Virus record (IMG/VR): IMGVR_UViG_3300038478_000010
Span: 1 to 26,295 of that record
Source of the DNA: a virus
Taxonomy: Duplodnaviria; Caudoviricetes
Length of the DNA: 26,295 bases
Strand: one strand, 5' to 3'
Shown here piece by piece: positions 9,767-17,299 of this stretch. The first letter of the stretch is position 1. Each line of letters begins with the position of its first letter. Under the pieces are notes generated by a model. It was given only the letters and a program-made list of their open reading frames with translations. It was not told the origin of the DNA and ran no database searches. A program made the position numbers and the translations under genes.

Positions 9767-10089
9767 GACGCCGTGAACTCGATGCCCGTGAAGGACATAA
9801 TCTCCTTCGACGCGGCCTTGTTTTCGCAAAGGCCAGGGTACTGATCGAGCAGACGATCGAGTGCGACGCGAGCCGCGGTGTCCGCCTCCCCGTTGCACCA
9901 CACGACGATCTTGCGAACGAGATCCTCCGTCGCATCCGCGCTGCCCCCAGGGGCGTGCATGGCTGCGCGGTACACCTTGTATTCGCCACGTGTCGGCGCT
10001 CGGATCACCAGTTCGATGTCCTCGCGAAACGAAATGACGGCCACGCGGCCATGCTTGGCCTTGACGGCCTCCAACGCTAAATCCTCCAC
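9754..10089 (-). CDS. Tail assembly chaperone (gpG-like)
   Basis: 111 aa between tube and TMP, strong SD (AAGGAGG), motif LVIRAPTRGEY, ends at the slippery site. Confidence 0.8.
   Translation of the reverse strand: MEDLALEAVKAKHGRVAVISFREDIELVIRAPTRGEYKVYRAAMHAPGGSADATEDLVRKIVVWCNGEADTAARVALDRLLDQYPGLCENKAASKEIMSFTGIEFTASGKA
9760..9766 (-). promoter_or_regulatory. Programmed -1 ribosomal frameshift heptamer G GGA AAA
   Basis: Minus strand TCG GGA AAA GCC TAG gives an in-frame X XXY YYZ site just before the chaperone stop, the canonical lambda G/T arrangement. Confidence 0.8.
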
Positions 10090-10197
10090 GATGCGCCTCC
10101 TTGGTTAGGAGCCGGGGCCGCGCGCCACGGGAATCGCCCGGAGCCGCGGCCACTCGCGCATTCGGCGCAGAGGTGAACCGACACATGAATCGTACGA

Positions 10198-10674
10198 CTA
10201 CTGCGGCGGACTCGTCAAGGGCACGGCGAGATCGTCCACGCCGTTCCAAAGGATCTTGAGGGGGTTGAGCATGAACTTCATGGCCAAAGGGTCCGTCCCC
10301 TCCGTGAACGATGCGGTCACCTCGTCCAGTGTGCAGCCGATGATCTGCACCTGTGTCGTCGGGAAGCCTTGCTGCTGGAAAGTCACGTAGGTCGTGAAGT
10401 ATGCATCCCCGTACCCTGGGCCGAGCTGTGTCAAAAAGTTGTTGAACTCAGCGAGGTAGAGCTCTCCGCTGGCGTCGTACTCGTTCTTGCCCACAACCTT
10501 GAACAGGGGGTCCGGCGAGTTGCCGTAAACCTTGGGCCGGTCTCGCTTGCGGGAGAAGTCGATCGCCTTGAAGCCACGGAAGATGAGCCCTTGCAGGTTC
10601 AGCTCGATCGACGAGTACGAGTAGCCGCTCCCGTTGACGAGGGGGTACTGGATCGGAGTCGTTGCGACGCTCAT
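10198..10674 (-). CDS. Tail tube protein
   Basis: 158 aa after the sheath. Motif NGSGYSYSSIEL...IDFSRKR...VYG...GKNEYDASGELY is typical of contractile tail tubes. Confidence 0.8.
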   Translation of the reverse strand: MSVATTPIQYPLVNGSGYSYSSIELNLQGLIFRGFKAIDFSRKRDRPKVYGNSPDPLFKVVGKNEYDASGELYLAEFNNFLTQLGPGYGDAYFTTYVTFQQQGFPTTQVQIIGCTLDEVTASFTEGTDPLAMKFMLNPLKILWNGVDDLAVPLTSPPQ

Positions 10675-10677
10675 GAC

Positions 10678-12246
10678 TTAGCCTCCCGCCGCAGTGGGCG
10701 AAGCGAACCCGATCAGGATGGTCTCTTGCAGGATGTAGCCCTTGCGCTGGAGCGATACGACGATCGGCACAGTGCCGGACGTAACGACCGCGCTGGAACT
10801 GATGGCCACCGTAGAACCAGGCGACAGCATCCCAACGCTCGTCATGAACTGGTTGATGGCGCCAAGGATCTGACTCTGGATCGACAGCCGGTCCGGGTTG
10901 TAGAGGGTGCCGTTGGTGTTCAGCCGAACGTCCTCGTCGATCTCCTCCTCCGCCGACTGGAAGGTAATGAAGCACCCGATATCCATGACCTGGCGCAGCG
11001 GGAGGAGCGTGTAGATGCTGCCGCTCGGCGCCATCATGTTCGGCGAATCGATGAAGAACCCCTGCTTGCCCACGCGCGTCTTGGCCGCACAGAACCGAGC
11101 CGTGGTCAGGCCAGGGGTAATGCGCTCGTCGTGGTACACGAACCCGTCATTGGGGTCGCTCGACGGATTCACGACGATGTTCGACAGGGAGCCGTCCGAC
11201 ACTCGCGAGGCGAGCCGCTGGGGAGGGATGGCGGACTCGCGAGGGTCGAGTGCCCAGGCCAGGTTGCGACGGTACGCGGGGGTGCCCGCGGCGGGGTTGG
11301 CGTACGCGCTGGGCATGTTGTAGCCGCCCGCGTTGGCGCACACACGCATGGCCGACGTCGCCGAGTAGTCGTTTTCGATCTGCGTCATCCAGGCCGCTTC
11401 TGTCTGCCCAGATCCGCCCCATGCTGTGGGGGCGCCAACATCCGCCACGTCTACGATCAGGTTGGTCCACACGTAGTTGGACGCGAGGCCCCCGCTGCCG
11501 TCCGGGGAGCCGCCCAGGTAGCTCTGGAGCGTCGTCGCGTTGGCGCCGCTCACGACGTCGGCGAGGTGCATGCCGCCCCATCCGGCGAGCGCGTACTGGC
11601 TGGCCTGGAGGTCCGACAGGGCCGCGTTCCAGCCCGACGTATTGCCGCTGGGTGCGACTGTCTGGAAGGACCAATAGTCGCCCGCGACGAGGGTGCCTGC
11701 ACCGAAGTCGATCTGAACCCCGGTGCGCGGGATGATGTACGCGGATGCGGTGCCGAGGGCGATGGCGGGACCGTAGTTCCGTCCCGCGTCCAGCGAGACC
11801 TGGAAGAAGATCCCCGCCGTGCCGCGCGTGCCGCCGGTCGTGCACAGGACGCGAACGAAGTAGTCGTCCCATGCGCCGTTGGTGGCGTCGAGCGTAGTGG
11901 TCACCGTGCTCGTGGAGCCACCCGGAACTGTTGCCTGTACCGCCTTGGCCGTGCCCGTCGCCACGATCGGCACCCCGACTACGAGCACCTGAGCGCCGGC
12001 CGCGCAGTCGAGCCCGGCCGCCTCCATCGTCTTGCCCGCTGTAAAATACGGCACGAGCGCGCTGGCCTGCGTCGAACTGATGATCTGGTCGACCGTCGCC
12101 GTGGGGTTCGTGACCGAGCTGTCGAAGCTGGCCGGGTTGCTCAAGAGGCACCCGATCACGACGCGCACGTTCGAGCTCGGGACGTTGATCGCGGTGTTCG
12201 CGCCGCCGTCCTGGATGGTCAGTGTGACGTTTCCGCCGCCGCTCAT
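10678..12246 (-). CDS. Tail sheath protein (DUF2586-like)
   Basis: 522 aa. Sheath-type C-terminus (LTTARFCAAKTRVGKQGFFI...MMAPSGSIY..L..RQVMD...GYILQETILIGF). Precedes the tube gene. Confidence 0.85.
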   Translation of the reverse strand: MSGGGNVTLTIQDGGANTAINVPSSNVRVVIGCLLSNPASFDSSVTNPTATVDQIISSTQASALVPYFTAGKTMEAAGLDCAAGAQVLVVGVPIVATGTAKAVQATVPGGSTSTVTTTLDATNGAWDDYFVRVLCTTGGTRGTAGIFFQVSLDAGRNYGPAIALGTASAYIIPRTGVQIDFGAGTLVAGDYWSFQTVAPSGNTSGWNAALSDLQASQYALAGWGGMHLADVVSGANATTLQSYLGGSPDGSGGLASNYVWTNLIVDVADVGAPTAWGGSGQTEAAWMTQIENDYSATSAMRVCANAGGYNMPSAYANPAAGTPAYRRNLAWALDPRESAIPPQRLASRVSDGSLSNIVVNPSSDPNDGFVYHDERITPGLTTARFCAAKTRVGKQGFFIDSPNMMAPSGSIYTLLPLRQVMDIGCFITFQSAEEEIDEDVRLNTNGTLYNPDRLSIQSQILGAINQFMTSVGMLSPGSTVAISSSAVVTSGTVPIVVSLQRKGYILQETILIGFASPTAAGG

Positions 12247-12253
12247 GGGAGCC

Positions 12254-12898
12254 TCACGTGGGGGTAGTGATGGTCAGTTCGTCGGCAGCCGTGCCGCCCG
12301 CGTATCCGATCGAGACCTCCGCGTTGTTCGGAGTGCCCAGAAGGCCCAGGCCAGGACCCGCCAGCGCGGCCGGCGCTTGCAGGTTGTAGAGCAACACCGG
12401 CGAGTAGACCTCGAAGAAGAAGGAGATCATGCGGCCGAACCCGCCCAGCTTGCCCGACGACGCCTTGGAGTCGATCCACTCGTAGCGATGAGGCTTCCAC
12501 GTCCCCTCGCCCAGCGCCCAGAGCGACTGGATGAGCACGTAGAGCATGGCCGAGGTGTAGTCCCAGTTCTGAGCCAGGTCCGACGCGGCCACTCCGTCCG
12601 TGTACTGGACGCCGGAGATGTCCGCGCGCCACTGTTGCACGTCCGTCCAGATCCAGGGCTCCGTGATCATGGCCTGGTAGAGCGCCTGAGATGTGACCGC
12701 GGACGGGGTCTGCGGAGACTTCTTCGTGAGCGTTCCGCCAAGGGGCACGAGAGTTATCCGCGGCGCTGCCGAGGTCATCACCGGAACCGTGTTCTCCGGA
12801 CCTAGCAACACCTCGGAGTCCACGAGCGGCGGCATGCTCTCCGCGGCCAGTCGCGCAACGACGTCCGCAGAGACCCTGTTCGCCCAATCGACGAGCAT
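12254..12898 (-). CDS. Tail terminator/completion protein (putative)
   Basis: Position between the gpG-like gene and sheath. Beta-rich content with an APRITLVP segment. Confidence 0.5.
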   Translation of the reverse strand: MLVDWANRVSADVVARLAAESMPPLVDSEVLLGPENTVPVMTSAAPRITLVPLGGTLTKKSPQTPSAVTSQALYQAMITEPWIWTDVQQWRADISGVQYTDGVAASDLAQNWDYTSAMLYVLIQSLWALGEGTWKPHRYEWIDSKASSGKLGGFGRMISFFFEVYSPVLLYNLQAPAALAGPGLGLLGTPNNAEVSIGYAGGTAADELTITTPT

Positions 12899-13309
12899 TC
12901 ACAGCGCGCTCCTGGCGCGCGCAAACGCCTCGTCTGCCGCGTCCGACAGAGCCCGCTGCCACGTGTCCGGCATCCGATCGGGAAAGATCGGGCGCGCGAC
13001 CATGAACTTGGTCCCGTACTGGTGGTGGACTCCGGGGTCGGGAATCGTCACCGATATCCCAGCCCCTCGCATCGGCTTGACCTCGATGCCGTCCCTCATG
13101 GCGTGCGTATCCGTGAGCGGCGGCAGATCCCGCCCCTTGGCGTACGTGGCAGGCTGCAAGTCCGCCCATGCGTTACCGAACGGGTCCTGGCCCGCGTCGA
13201 ACTCGTCCTGAATCGCCCGCTCGATCCCCTCCGCGCCGGCCGCCGCGACCTGAGACGGGACCCGCCCGAGCTGGCCGATCATCTTTTGGAGGTTGGCGAA
13301 GGAGCCCAT
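12899..13309 (-). CDS. Virion morphogenesis / neck protein (Mu gpG / P2 gpS-like)
   Basis: Start re-assigned to MGSFANLQ (TAATG overlap). Motifs FDAGQDPFGNAWADL..AT...LTDT..MR and HQYGT..M.ARPIFP. Confidence 0.8.
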   Translation of the reverse strand: MGSFANLQKMIGQLGRVPSQVAAAGAEGIERAIQDEFDAGQDPFGNAWADLQPATYAKGRDLPPLTDTHAMRDGIEVKPMRGAGISVTIPDPGVHHQYGTKFMVARPIFPDRMPDTWQRALSDAADEAFARARSAL

Positions 13310-13596
13310 TAGATGCTGGCCCCCCAACTGTTGCCCTGCATCCACGGACCCGCGCCGATGAGGCCGAGGACTGTTGCGCTCGTTCCCGTGCTCCACACCA
13401 GATTCGTGGCGATCGGAATCACCTGCCCGACTGACGTGCTCGACAGGGTCACCGTGTCGCCACCCACGGTGGTGAACTTGACGGTCCCCGTGGCCGTCAC
13501 CAGGAGCCCGGAGAACGGCCCTGCCGGGTCCGCTCCAGAGTCGGCATTGGTGACCGCCTTTGCGCCGCTGTAGGTGGTGGCTTGAAGATCGCTCAC
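13309..13596 (-). CDS. Head spike base protein (RcGTA Rcc01079-like), 95 aa
   Basis: GTG 13596 overlaps the upstream stop. AKAVTNAD...GLLVTATGTVKFTTVGGDTVTL...GQVIPIATNLVWSTGTSAT matches my recollection of this family's pattern. Confidence 0.65.
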   Translation of the reverse strand: MSDLQATTYSGAKAVTNADSGADPAGPFSGLLVTATGTVKFTTVGGDTVTLSSTSVGQVIPIATNLVWSTGTSATVLGLIGAGPWMQGNSWGASI

Positions 13597-14060
13597 AGGC
13601 CGCCCCCGGGAAGGCGGGTCCAGCCGCGCGGTATGCCGGAGTAAACCTGCGGCAGGTTGTAGGTGGGGGACTGGTTGGGGGGCACGGTTGCTGTGATGTC
13701 GGGGTGAATTGATTGCCTCTGTACCTTGTCGAGCCATCCGATCGATCCGGGCACGTTGGGATTGCCCACCATCTCCCAGTATCGATCTTGAATCGTCCTA
13801 TCGCTACCGTTCTGCGGGTTGAATCCTCGAGTGCTGAAACAGAGGTAAATCGCGATCCACGCGGTCACCTTCGTCAACTCGTTTCCCCACGCCAAGAGCG
13901 GCATCTGGTATCGGCCAGAGATCCGACCGTCCACCTCCCCCGTCGCGTCGAGGCACGCCTGGTCCTGTTGGGCGATGGTGATCCCGTTGAACGCCGGGGC
14001 GGGCCAGTAGTTACTGAGCTGCGCCTGCGTTACGTAGGGGGTGCCGCCAGGACCGGGCAC
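13593..14060 (-). CDS. Head-tail adaptor (Mu gp36 / DUF1320-like)
   Basis: YVTQAQL...DATGEVDGRISGRYQMPL...IAIY...DRY. Immediately after the major capsid gene. Confidence 0.8.
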   Translation of the reverse strand: MPGPGGTPYVTQAQLSNYWPAPAFNGITIAQQDQACLDATGEVDGRISGRYQMPLLAWGNELTKVTAWIAIYLCFSTRGFNPQNGSDRTIQDRYWEMVGNPNVPGSIGWLDKVQRQSIHPDITATVPPNQSPTYNLPQVYSGIPRGWTRLPGGGL

Positions 14061-14067
14061 GCTAGCC

Positions 14068-15072
14068 TCACGCCCCCGCGGTCGGACCCGACTTGGCCAT
14101 CAGCCAGGGCGGACCCCATGCCGACGTGCCGCGCATCTTCGCGCCCCAGAGAAGCTGGTGGTTGACCCACACGTTCTCGTCCGTGGGCGAGACGCGAGGG
14201 GCGTACGTGGTCCCCTCGCGCTGAATCCACCGGACCGGCTTCACGGACTTGGTCGTGTCCGCAAGGTACCAGTCCAGGTTGTTCATCAGGTTGGGCTCGA
14301 CCATGTAGTCAATCCCTAAGCGCTTCCACACGTTGTCCGAAGCGCCGACCTGGGTGTTCGTGGGGCCAAACGTCTGCCACCCATTGGTAGGCGCGCTCGA
14401 CTGGTTCTTGAGAATGTATTCCGCCTCGGCGCGGAGCGTGGGCGGCACGATAAGCATGTTCGGCGTGATGCCAAAGCGCTCCCCGTCCTCCGCCGTGTAC
14501 GTCATCATGTACTCCGCCGCCGTGCCGACCGCCGGGCCGCTGATGGCCCCGCCGACCGTAGTGGAGCCGACCGTGAAGCCGCCGCGGAAGTCGTTGCTGT
14601 AGGTGCCGAGCGACGACTTGTAGATATTTACGAGATGGTTGGTGGCGAAGAAATTGAGCCCGTCCAGACCAAGCTGCCGCGAGCCCGTTTGGCTCCCGGT
14701 GTTCTCCAGCATGTCCCGGATGACGAAACCCGGCTGTCGCTTCCCCTGGAGGCCGAGGTCGGCGATCATGGGGTAGTAGATGCCGAACTTGGTGTCATCG
14801 AACAGGAACTCGTCGATCCCGTACGTGTTCTCCCAGTTCTGGACCGTGACCTGGTAGGTCTGCGGGCCGGGGGAGTGAACCACGCGCGGGCCGATCCATT
14901 CGCGCATCTTCGGCATGCGCCCGATCCAGCCGTCCTCGAACGTCTCGGACTCGGTTGGCACCGTGGTCGTGTACGCCGCATACGGCGTTGGCGCGCTCGA
15001 CCAAGCGCTGCGGATCATCGTGTTCGCGTTGGTGAGGAAGATTGAGAAATTCGCGGGAGTCGGCGTAGCCAT
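14068..15072 (-). CDS. Major capsid protein (Mu gpT-like)
   Basis: WIGRMPKMREWIGPR...YQV...WENT...DDTKFGIYYP; DGLNFFATNH; PNMLIVPPTL; WYLADT motifs. Confidence 0.92.
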   Translation of the reverse strand: MATPTPANFSIFLTNANTMIRSAWSSAPTPYAAYTTTVPTESETFEDGWIGRMPKMREWIGPRVVHSPGPQTYQVTVQNWENTYGIDEFLFDDTKFGIYYPMIADLGLQGKRQPGFVIRDMLENTGSQTGSRQLGLDGLNFFATNHLVNIYKSSLGTYSNDFRGGFTVGSTTVGGAISGPAVGTAAEYMMTYTAEDGERFGITPNMLIVPPTLRAEAEYILKNQSSAPTNGWQTFGPTNTQVGASDNVWKRLGIDYMVEPNLMNNLDWYLADTTKSVKPVRWIQREGTTYAPRVSPTDENVWVNHQLLWGAKMRGTSAWGPPWLMAKSGPTAGA

Positions 15073-15075
15073 GGA

Positions 15076-15579
15076 TCACGGGCCTCCGAGCGGGCTGTTG
15101 GGGGTTCCGAGCTTCACGGCCACGTATCCGGTCGGGATCGAGGCGTCGTCGGCGTTGCACGAGAGCTGGACACCCGCGACCGGCCGTGTGGACCCGCCGT
15201 TCGTCGCGCCCACCGTGTAGCTGTTGATCGCGTACACCGTGGCCCCGTTGGTCGTCTGGCCGAGCGCGTCAGCGCCGGTGCCAGATGCGAGGATGAACGA
15301 GCCCGTTTCGATCTCCACCGTCGCCAGGCCGGTGATCCCGACTGTCGCGTTGGAGTAACCGGAGCCGGCCTTCTGAACGATGCCGAGGATGATGTCCGTG
15401 GAGGCCACGGTGTCCTCGTTCTTCAGTTGGCCCTGGTTCGCGCCAGCGCCGCCCGTGCCGATGAGCCCTGCCAGCGAGCCGCGGTAAACCGTGGTGCCGG
15501 CCGGAAGGACCTTGTTCAGAGGCTGGTGACCGTCCGGCGTACCGTAACGGTCGGTCAGGATATCTGCGGACAGAGCCAT
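15076..15579 (-). CDS. Head decoration / capsid cement protein
   Basis: MALSAD...AGTTVYRGSL..., G/T-rich beta protein between scaffold and MCP, as in Mu-like head modules. Confidence 0.7.
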   Translation of the reverse strand: MALSADILTDRYGTPDGHQPLNKVLPAGTTVYRGSLAGLIGTGGAGANQGQLKNEDTVASTDIILGIVQKAGSGYSNATVGITGLATVEIETGSFILASGTGADALGQTTNGATVYAINSYTVGATNGGSTRPVAGVQLSCNADDASIPTGYVAVKLGTPNSPLGGP

Positions 15580-15580
15580 G

Positions 15581-16387
15581 TCAGGCCATCTTTCCCGCGC
15601 CGTTCATGCGCGCTTTGCGGTTCTCGTCCACGAGCTCCGTACGGAGCTTCTCCTGGCCGGCGACGTCGAGGCCGCACGACTGGACGGCGATATCGATCTG
15701 CTTGAGGACGGCCGCCGGAAGGTCCGCGTTCGGCGTCTGATCCGGTGATTCCAGATCGTCGTCCACCGTGTTCACCAGCGCGTGGGTACGCATTTCCTCG
15801 ACCTGCGCCCAGAACTTCGAGTCCTTTTTGGCCCACCGCTTCGCCTCGGCAGGCGACACGCGCCGCTCCGCGACGAGCTTGGAGATCGTGGCCAGGCGGT
15901 CACGCTCGAGCGCCTTGGCTTCGAGCCTCTCCACCCGCGTCAGGGCCTCGCGACCCGCGGCAGCTTCCGAGGCGAGGATCTCAGCGGCGTCACCGGAGAT
16001 CGGGGTGCGCAGGCGAGCTTCCTCGGCCTCACCCTCGTCGCCCCCCTCGCCGCCGGACGCCTCCTCTTCGCACTTCTTCGCGGCCTCTTCGTACTCGGCC
16101 GCCTTGGACTTGTGCTCGGCCGCCTTGGCGCGGTGCTTCGCAGACTCGGCCTTCGCCTTCGCCTTGCGCGCCGCCTCAGCAGCCTTCGACGCCTTGGACT
16201 CGTCCTCGTCCTCGTCGTCGTCCTTGTCCTTGTCGTCTTCGTCCCCGTCATCATCGTCTTCCATTGCGGCGCGCGTTGCGGAAAACGCGGCGAGGTCGGC
16301 GCGGAGGGCACGGAGCTTCTTGGGGTCGGTCTCTGTGGAGATCGCGGCCTCCGTGGTCTTGATGAGGGCTGCGAGTTTCACCGCCAT
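15581..16387 (-). CDS. Nested in-frame scaffold protein (Nu3-like), 268 aa
   Basis: Internal ATG (MAVKLAAL) preceded by SD AGGAGA and a promoter-like element. Acidic D/E tract and A/K/E-rich coiled coil. Confidence 0.7.
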   Translation of the reverse strand: MAVKLAALIKTTEAAISTETDPKKLRALRADLAAFSATRAAMEDDDDGDEDDKDKDDDEDEDESKASKAAEAARKAKAKAESAKHRAKAAEHKSKAAEYEEAAKKCEEEASGGEGGDEGEAEEARLRTPISGDAAEILASEAAAGREALTRVERLEAKALERDRLATISKLVAERRVSPAEAKRWAKKDSKFWAQVEEMRTHALVNTVDDDLESPDQTPNADLPAAVLKQIDIAVQSCGLDVAGQEKLRTELVDENRKARMNGAGKMA

Positions 16388-17299
16388 GAGCCTATCTCCT
16401 CTGACTGACACTGACGTCAGTGTCAGTGAACGTTGACGGGAATCCGTAGAGCTTGTCAAGAGGTTTTTTTCGTTCGCGCGCCGGTCCGTTATGTTCCCCT
16501 CGTTCGGGGCTGGCGGCACTCCTGCGCTCACCTCGGACGTATCCAGGCCGAAAAGGACGCGGTCCAGGCTCATAACGTCGTCGATGAGGCCGGCCGCCTT
16601 AGCTTTCTTGCCCATATAGATCCCGGCCTCGAGCGCTTCGAGCTTGGCTGGGGCGACGCGACGGGCCTTCCCTGCCAGCGCGAAAAATTGCGCGGCCATG
16701 TCTACGTTCCGGGCGCGCTCGGCCTTCTCCGCGTCGTCGGAGATCGGCGCATGAAGGTGGCCGTCCGCCTTTCGCTTGCCACTGGTGATCAGGCGGAACT
16801 CGATGCCATCCCTCTCGTCGCGCTTGGCGATCGATATCATCGTTGCAATGACGCCGATGCTTCCGACGATGCCGCTGGGTGGCGCCAAAATCTCCGAACA
16901 CGCACAGCACATCGCGTACGCTGCACTCGCAGCCAACTCGTCCGCGTAGGCGATCAGCGGGATCGACGCCTCTTTGCTCATGCGTTGCAGTTTCTTTACG
17001 CACTCGTTGAGGCCAGCGACCACGCCGCCGGGTGAGGAGATACGCAGGACGACCGCGCTGGGCCGCGGGTCCGCCTCGAATGCCGCGCTGACGCGCTTGA
17101 CGATCGACTCGTAGCTGTCGCCTCCGGGACCCTCAAACTGCTGGAGGGCGCCGCGAATGTTCACCATCGTCACGGACCCGAGCGTCTCGTTCTCGGGGGG
17201 AGAGCCGCCGAGGAGGAGAAAGAATCCGTCGGCGTCTCGATGGATCGCGTCGGCACTGATGGCGAGGGCCTCTCCAGTGCGAAGGGCGTATCGGTTCAC
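15581..17299 (-). CDS. S49-family prohead protease fused to scaffold (lambda gpC-like)
   Basis: S49 motifs LRISSPGG, AASAAY, GSIGVI. Acidic and coiled-coil C-terminal half. GTGA overlap with portal. Confidence 0.88.
   Translation of the reverse strand: MNRYALRTGEALAISADAIHRDADGFFLLLGGSPPENETLGSVTMVNIRGALQQFEGPGGDSYESIVKRVSAAFEADPRPSAVVLRISSPGGVVAGLNECVKKLQRMSKEASIPLIAYADELAASAAYAMCCACSEILAPPSGIVGSIGVIATMISIAKRDERDGIEFRLITSGKRKADGHLHAPISDDAEKAERARNVDMAAQFFALAGKARRVAPAKLEALEAGIYMGKKAKAAGLIDDVMSLDRVLFGLDTSEVSAGVPPAPNEGNITDRRANEKNLLTSSTDSRQRSLTLTSVSVRGDRLMAVKLAALIKTTEAAISTETDPKKLRALRADLAAFSATRAAMEDDDDGDEDDKDKDDDEDEDESKASKAAEAARKAKAKAESAKHRAKAAEHKSKAAEYEEAAKKCEEEASGGEGGDEGEAEEARLRTPISGDAAEILASEAAAGREALTRVERLEAKALERDRLATISKLVAERRVSPAEAKRWAKKDSKFWAQVEEMRTHALVNTVDDDLESPDQTPNADLPAAVLKQIDIAVQSCGLDVAGQEKLRTELVDENRKARMNGAGKMA
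16404..16470 (-). promoter_or_regulatory. Internal promoter-like element (A7 tract + TTGACA) with palindromic operator copy 1
   Basis: Minus strand AAAAAAACCTC TTGACA (16459-16454), then perfect palindrome ACTGACACTGACGTCAGTGTCAGT (16404-16427) just before the scaffold SD. The -10 match is weak. Confidence 0.65.

Noticed and set aside
10125-10155. tRNA fragment (GGGCGATTCCC T-arm-like hairpin)
   Set aside because: No cloverleaf, acceptor stem or anticodon arm could be built around it.
443-12898. Tailocin / extracellular contractile injection system
   Set aside because: Contiguous with terminase, portal, protease and major capsid genes, so it is a complete phage morphogenesis operon.
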